From Asterionella formosa (taxonomy: Eukaryota): a stretch of DNA of 64,000 nt. Both the position numbers and the translations under genes were made by a program. A model generated the notes under the pieces. It saw only the letters and a program-made list of their open reading frames with translations. It did no database searches and was not told the DNA's origin. Location: contig NKIB01012973.1 in the NCBI GenBank assembly GCA_002256025.1, forward strand, positions 1 through 64,000, read 5' to 3'. This document shows, piece after piece, positions 60,170 through 64,000 of the stretch. Numbering within the stretch: the first letter of the stretch is position 1; every line of letters begins with the position of its first letter.

Positions 60170-61130
60170 GATGTACCCTATTATTAATGGCAAACAACAC
60201 ACAGTTGCTTGGCATAAAGACGATTGAAATCTAGTCACATGGACAGGAAAGTGAATGATCAATTTTTGGAATGGCTCAAAAAGAAATACGCTTCTGACGA
60301 AATTGGTAAAGTCAAGGTCACATGTGGAAATAAGCATGATTATTTGGCGATTACACTAGATTACTCTCTTCCAGGAGTGTTGGGGGTGGATATGACTAAA
60401 TATGTGAAATCAATGATTCATGATTTTCCAGATGAACTTGAAGGTGTCGGAAAATTCCCATGGACAGATAAATTGTTCACAGTTGATACGAAATCAAAGA
60501 AGCTTGAATATGAAAATGCAAAAATATTTCATACTTTTGTTATGAAAGGAATGTTCCTGTGTAAGCGAGGAAGACAGGACATTCAACCAGGAATTGCATT
60601 TCTGGCAACCCAAACTACCAAACCGAATGAAGGTGATTGGGCAAAATTAGTCAAGATCATGAATTTCTTGAAAGCAACTTAGAATGAGTTTGCATCTATG
60701 AGTGCTGATGACACTCAGAACATTAAATGGTACGTTGATGCGGCGTTTGCAGTACACAAAGATTTTAAAAGTCACACAGGAGCTACATTGTCACTTGGAA
60801 ATGGAATTATTTGTTTTATGTCTACAAAACAGAAAGTGAACACTAGAAGTTCGACTGAAGCAGAATTGGTTGGTTTTGATGACATTATATCAAAGGTGTT
60901 GTGGACGAAATTATTTATTGAAGCACAAGGACACAAGGTGACTATGAATGTCATTTACTGTGACAACACTAGCGCAATGAAGCTAGAAGCAAATGGAAAA
61001 GCAAGTTCAGGAAAACACATCTGACATTTCAATATCAAGTATTTTTACATTACTGATCTTATTGAAAGAAAGGAAGTACAGATTAAGTACTGTCCAACGG
61101 ATGCAATGATTGCAGACTACATGACGAGAC
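60170..61130 (+). mobile_element. CoDi-like Copia RT-RNase H pseudogene fragment
   Basis: WHKDD (HVDD-derived), KRGRQDI...AFL, WYVDAAFAVH.DFKSHTG, RSSTEAELVG, DNTSA.KLE.NG..SS, YCPT..MIADY.T. In-frame stops present. Confidence 0.93.
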
Positions 61131-61135
61131 CACAA

Positions 61136-61357
61136 ATTGAATCGAATGAATCAAAAACTAATATGGTACCAGAGAAAACTCAGAAATCGAAAACAATCTA
61201 AATCACCATTAAAACCCATAATTCTACTAAAACTCTTAGGAACGATTACAATCGATTACTGCAACATCGTTGTTCATATCTACAGCCTATTTGGTCCCTG
61301 ACGTGTCCTTACAGGATACAAGAAAGCAATAGAGGGCTTCGGGACGCAATTTCAATA
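61136..61357 (+). mobile_element. 5'-truncated 3' LTR, same family as the solo LTR at 36463-36738
   Basis: 127 bp (61226-61352) are identical to 36607-36733. The upstream part is diverged. Confidence 0.9.
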
Positions 61358-61378
61358 TTAGTTCATGAATATTTCACC

Positions 61379-63100
61379 ATGGCCAAGAAGGCAGAGTTAG
61401 AGGAAAAGGAAGCATCACCCAGACAGCTTTCTGTGCCATCCCCAGCTCCCCCCAGCAGCGTCGACTTACACCCGTATGCACGAGGCTCGGCGATCGAAGT
61501 CATTCACGGGGTCAAGGAGAAAGCCGATTCCTGGTGGACTGACGATAGTGAAGGTGAACAGGAGGAACACACGCAACAGACATCCATTCGCCTCTGTGAT
61601 GTTATTGACCGTGTTTCTATCGGGAACGAGAAATGGCGATATTACGTGCACTACCGTGACTTCAACCGACGAATGGATGAATGGGTCGGAATGGAACGGA
61701 TTGTTTCTCCACCGAGCGTGGGGAACACCAAAGCGCGGGCGTTGAAAAAGGAAGAGGAAAGGAAGAAGCGCAAACAACTGGTAGATGAGCTCACAAAGAA
61801 GGAAGCAGCTGATTTAGCGCTAGCGATGCAATCCCGAGCAATTCGTCGAGCGAGAGGGGACTTGTCAGAAAATCAAGAGTCGGCGGAAACACCAAGAATG
61901 ACACGACGGCAGCGGCGAAGGAGTACCACTGACGACGACGGAACAGTGGTTGTGTTGAACATTGACAAGAGTCCAGGGGAAGATAGCACAGCATTTACAG
62001 AAGTTATTGAAACCAAGGAAATGGTACAGATTCCAACCCCTTCAGCATCGAAAGAAACCATAATAGGAGAACACGTTGTGGCTACCATCCCAGCACACGA
62101 GTTGGACGAACACGAAGGATTGGACGAGGCATCGTTACGCGAACACGAAGAAGTCACTAAGGTAAAGAACGTCGCAAATATGGAGTTGGGTGAATACCGT
62201 ATGGAAACGTGGTATTTCTCACCCCTACCGAAAGAGCTCTTGTCGGAAAAGGGCTTTATCGAAACCTTGTACGTATGTGAATTCAGCTTGAACATGTTCG
62301 CTCGCAAGAGTGAGTTGCTTCGGTATCAATCGCGAGAGTTTTCTAAAAATCGTCGGCATCCACCAGGGAATGAAATATATCGGTGTGGGAAGATATCCAT
62401 GTTTGAAGTGGATGGCTTTGAAGAACGAATTTATTGCCAAAATTTGTGTTACATCGCAAAGCTATTTCTGGATCACAAAACACTTTACTTTGATGTCGAT
62501 CCATTCCTTTTTTACGTGCTTTGTGAAGTTGATAGTCGTGGATTCCATCCTGTTGGTTATTACAGCAAAGAAAAATATTCTGACGTCGGATACAATCTTG
62601 CTTGTATTCTAACTTTCCCTTCACATCAACGAAAAGGTTATGGGAGGTTTTTGATTGCATTCTCATATGAACTGAGCAAGAAAGAAGAGAAGGTGGGATC
62701 ACCGGAGAAGCCCATGTCTGATCTTGGGCAGCAAGCATACAAGCCATATTGGAATTCTACTGTTGTTGATTTTTTACTCAACCAATCTGGGGATGTCACC
62801 AGTATGAGCATTATGGATATTTCAAAAAGGACATCGATCATGGCAGAAGATATTGTCTTCACTCTGAATCAACTTGGACTTCTCAAGATCATCAATGGTG
62901 TTTACTTCATTGCAGGGGAGAGAACTTTACTTCAGCGACTGGCAAAGAAACATCCAGTAAAGGAGCCAAAGGTTGATGCGTCGAAATTGCATTGGACACC
63001 ATTTCTAACTGACATCAAAAGGGACAAGTTTAGCATACACAGCAAGAAACCTAGTGTTGACGGGACAGAGGACACTAGAGCAAGTGGGGGTTTTCCTTAA
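61379..63100 (+). CDS. MYST-family histone acetyltransferase (Esa1/Tip60/MOF-like) with chromo-barrel (tudor-knot) domain
   Basis: YYVHY.DFNRRMDEWV, HEEVTKVKN, ETWYFSP.P, HPPGNEIYR, YCQNLC.IAKLFLDHKTLYFDVDPFLFY, YNLACIL, QRKGYG, GSPEKPMSDLG. Confidence 0.96.
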   Translation: MAKKAELEEKEASPRQLSVPSPAPPSSVDLHPYARGSAIEVIHGVKEKADSWWTDDSEGEQEEHTQQTSIRLCDVIDRVSIGNEKWRYYVHYRDFNRRMDEWVGMERIVSPPSVGNTKARALKKEEERKKRKQLVDELTKKEAADLALAMQSRAIRRARGDLSENQESAETPRMTRRQRRRSTTDDDGTVVVLNIDKSPGEDSTAFTEVIETKEMVQIPTPSASKETIIGEHVVATIPAHELDEHEGLDEASLREHEEVTKVKNVANMELGEYRMETWYFSPLPKELLSEKGFIETLYVCEFSLNMFARKSELLRYQSREFSKNRRHPPGNEIYRCGKISMFEVDGFEERIYCQNLCYIAKLFLDHKTLYFDVDPFLFYVLCEVDSRGFHPVGYYSKEKYSDVGYNLACILTFPSHQRKGYGRFLIAFSYELSKKEEKVGSPEKPMSDLGQQAYKPYWNSTVVDFLLNQSGDVTSMSIMDISKRTSIMAEDIVFTLNQLGLLKIINGVYFIAGERTLLQRLAKKHPVKEPKVDASKLHWTPFLTDIKRDKFSIHSKKPSVDGTEDTRASGGFP

Positions 63101-63201
63101 GGCTATAATTCTACTGTAGTTGTTGCCTCTGTTAGACCTCGTTCCACCTCCTTTGTTAAAAAATCAGGCACTTGTTCATTATTGCCCCCCTCCCCCCCCG
63201 T

Positions 63202-64000
63202 CTACTGTAGCATGTAGTCGAGTACACTATGAATGTCAATCAAAGGTCTTGTTGCTGCGATTGCTCGACAGTCCTTGCTGACGAGGTACGAAAATGGCAG
63301 AAGACATTGCTTCGGCAAAAGGTCTAGTGTTTCAACGTGTCCAAGAAGTACGAAAGAGACATCCATGCTTTCATCGTAGTTGTTGTATCTGTTCGCCTCA
63401 TACGCTGTCCTTGATAAGTCCGAAAAAGAAGTACCAGTGTCTAGATGGCTGCCGCTTTCTTCCTCCTGTAATCTACCAGGTATTAACCCATTTTTGACAA
63501 TGACATCGTCGATACTGTCTGATTCCTGGCCCAAATCATCCTCATCACCGCCTTCGAGGAATTGCATTGACCAGTCATCGTCATCATCTTCTTCATCCTC
63601 AGAGTCATTAACAGTCTCGACCCCAGAATCTCCTGATGATATTAAGAATTTGCCGTCATCCTCGTAAAACTCATGGGCTTCAGGTTCATCAAATCTACTT
63701 TCCTCGATATCCCAAAGGTCGTGCTTACTATCCAGGCTTCCAACATTATCGCATTGGACAATCACTGCAAAATCTTCATGATCTCCTTCCACGTCGAGTT
63801 CAGCCGAAAACCGATCGTCCACGAAGACCAATTCTACAGACTCCTTCATTTGTTCCTGCTCGTCATTTATAATAATCACGCGGTTTTCATCTCGGTCGAG
63901 GGAATCTCCCTCAACCGGAACGACGACAACTGTTCGCTCATCTATAGATTCGATCACTCCAACTTCCTTTCTCGTTAGCTTCTGGATCCAAGGCCATGCA
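63202..64000 (-). CDS. Acidic hypothetical protein, 3' part; 5' end beyond or near the window edge
   Basis: 251-aa D/E-rich open frame convergent with the MYST gene. No recognisable domain. Confidence 0.55.
   Translation of the reverse strand, partial: AWPWIQKLTRKEVGVIESIDERTVVVVPVEGDSLDRDENRVIIINDEQEQMKESVELVFVDDRFSAELDVEGDHEDFAVIVQCDNVGSLDSKHDLWDIEESRFDEPEAHEFYEDDGKFLISSGDSGVETVNDSEDEEDDDDDWSMQFLEGGDEDDLGQESDSIDDVIVKNGLIPGRLQEEESGSHLDTGTSFSDLSRTAYEANRYNNYDESMDVSFVLLGHVETLDLLPKQCLLPFSYLVSKDCRAIAATRPLIDIHSVLDYMLQ

Noticed and set aside
38980..63100. Epigenetic gene cluster (DNMT2 + SET + MYST) or restriction-modification system
   Set aside because: DNMT2 is a tRNA methylase and the SET protein is a plastid LSMT type. 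No nuclease partner is present, so the proximity is likely coincidental.

Overview
Eukaryotic, intron-containing, repeat-rich DNA, most likely from a diatom. The inference rests on CoDi-like Copia elements, long APE-RT-RNase H LINEs of the diatom Ambal type, and a bipartite-type plastid presequence. Host genes sit as small islands in a nested transposon graveyard: mitochondrial ribosomal uL23, a TMX3-like PDI, a beta-propeller-like membrane protein, a DENN+ENTH-like trafficking protein, DNMT2, NADPH-cytochrome P450 reductase, a Rubisco-LSMT-like SET protein, an Esa1/Tip60-like MYST acetyltransferase, and a truncated acidic ORF. The repeats include Copia fragments and LTRs, three decayed LINE copies, Plavaka-like, piggyBac-like, hAT and Tc1/pogo derivatives, MITEs and tRNA-derived SINEs. 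Four observations stand out. (1) Pervasive GGTACC-W tracts have units that match the ends of a TA-flanked TIR element sitting in one such tract, suggesting self-regenerating target sites built from excision footprints. (2) A tRNA-Ala-derived SINE with a 17-bp TSD shares its 3' end with a LINE-like remnant that begins with a degenerate HDV-like ribozyme fold. (3) A Copia LTR ends 21 bp before the MYST start codon. (4) A structured second SINE family is present. All calls were made by eye, without database searches.
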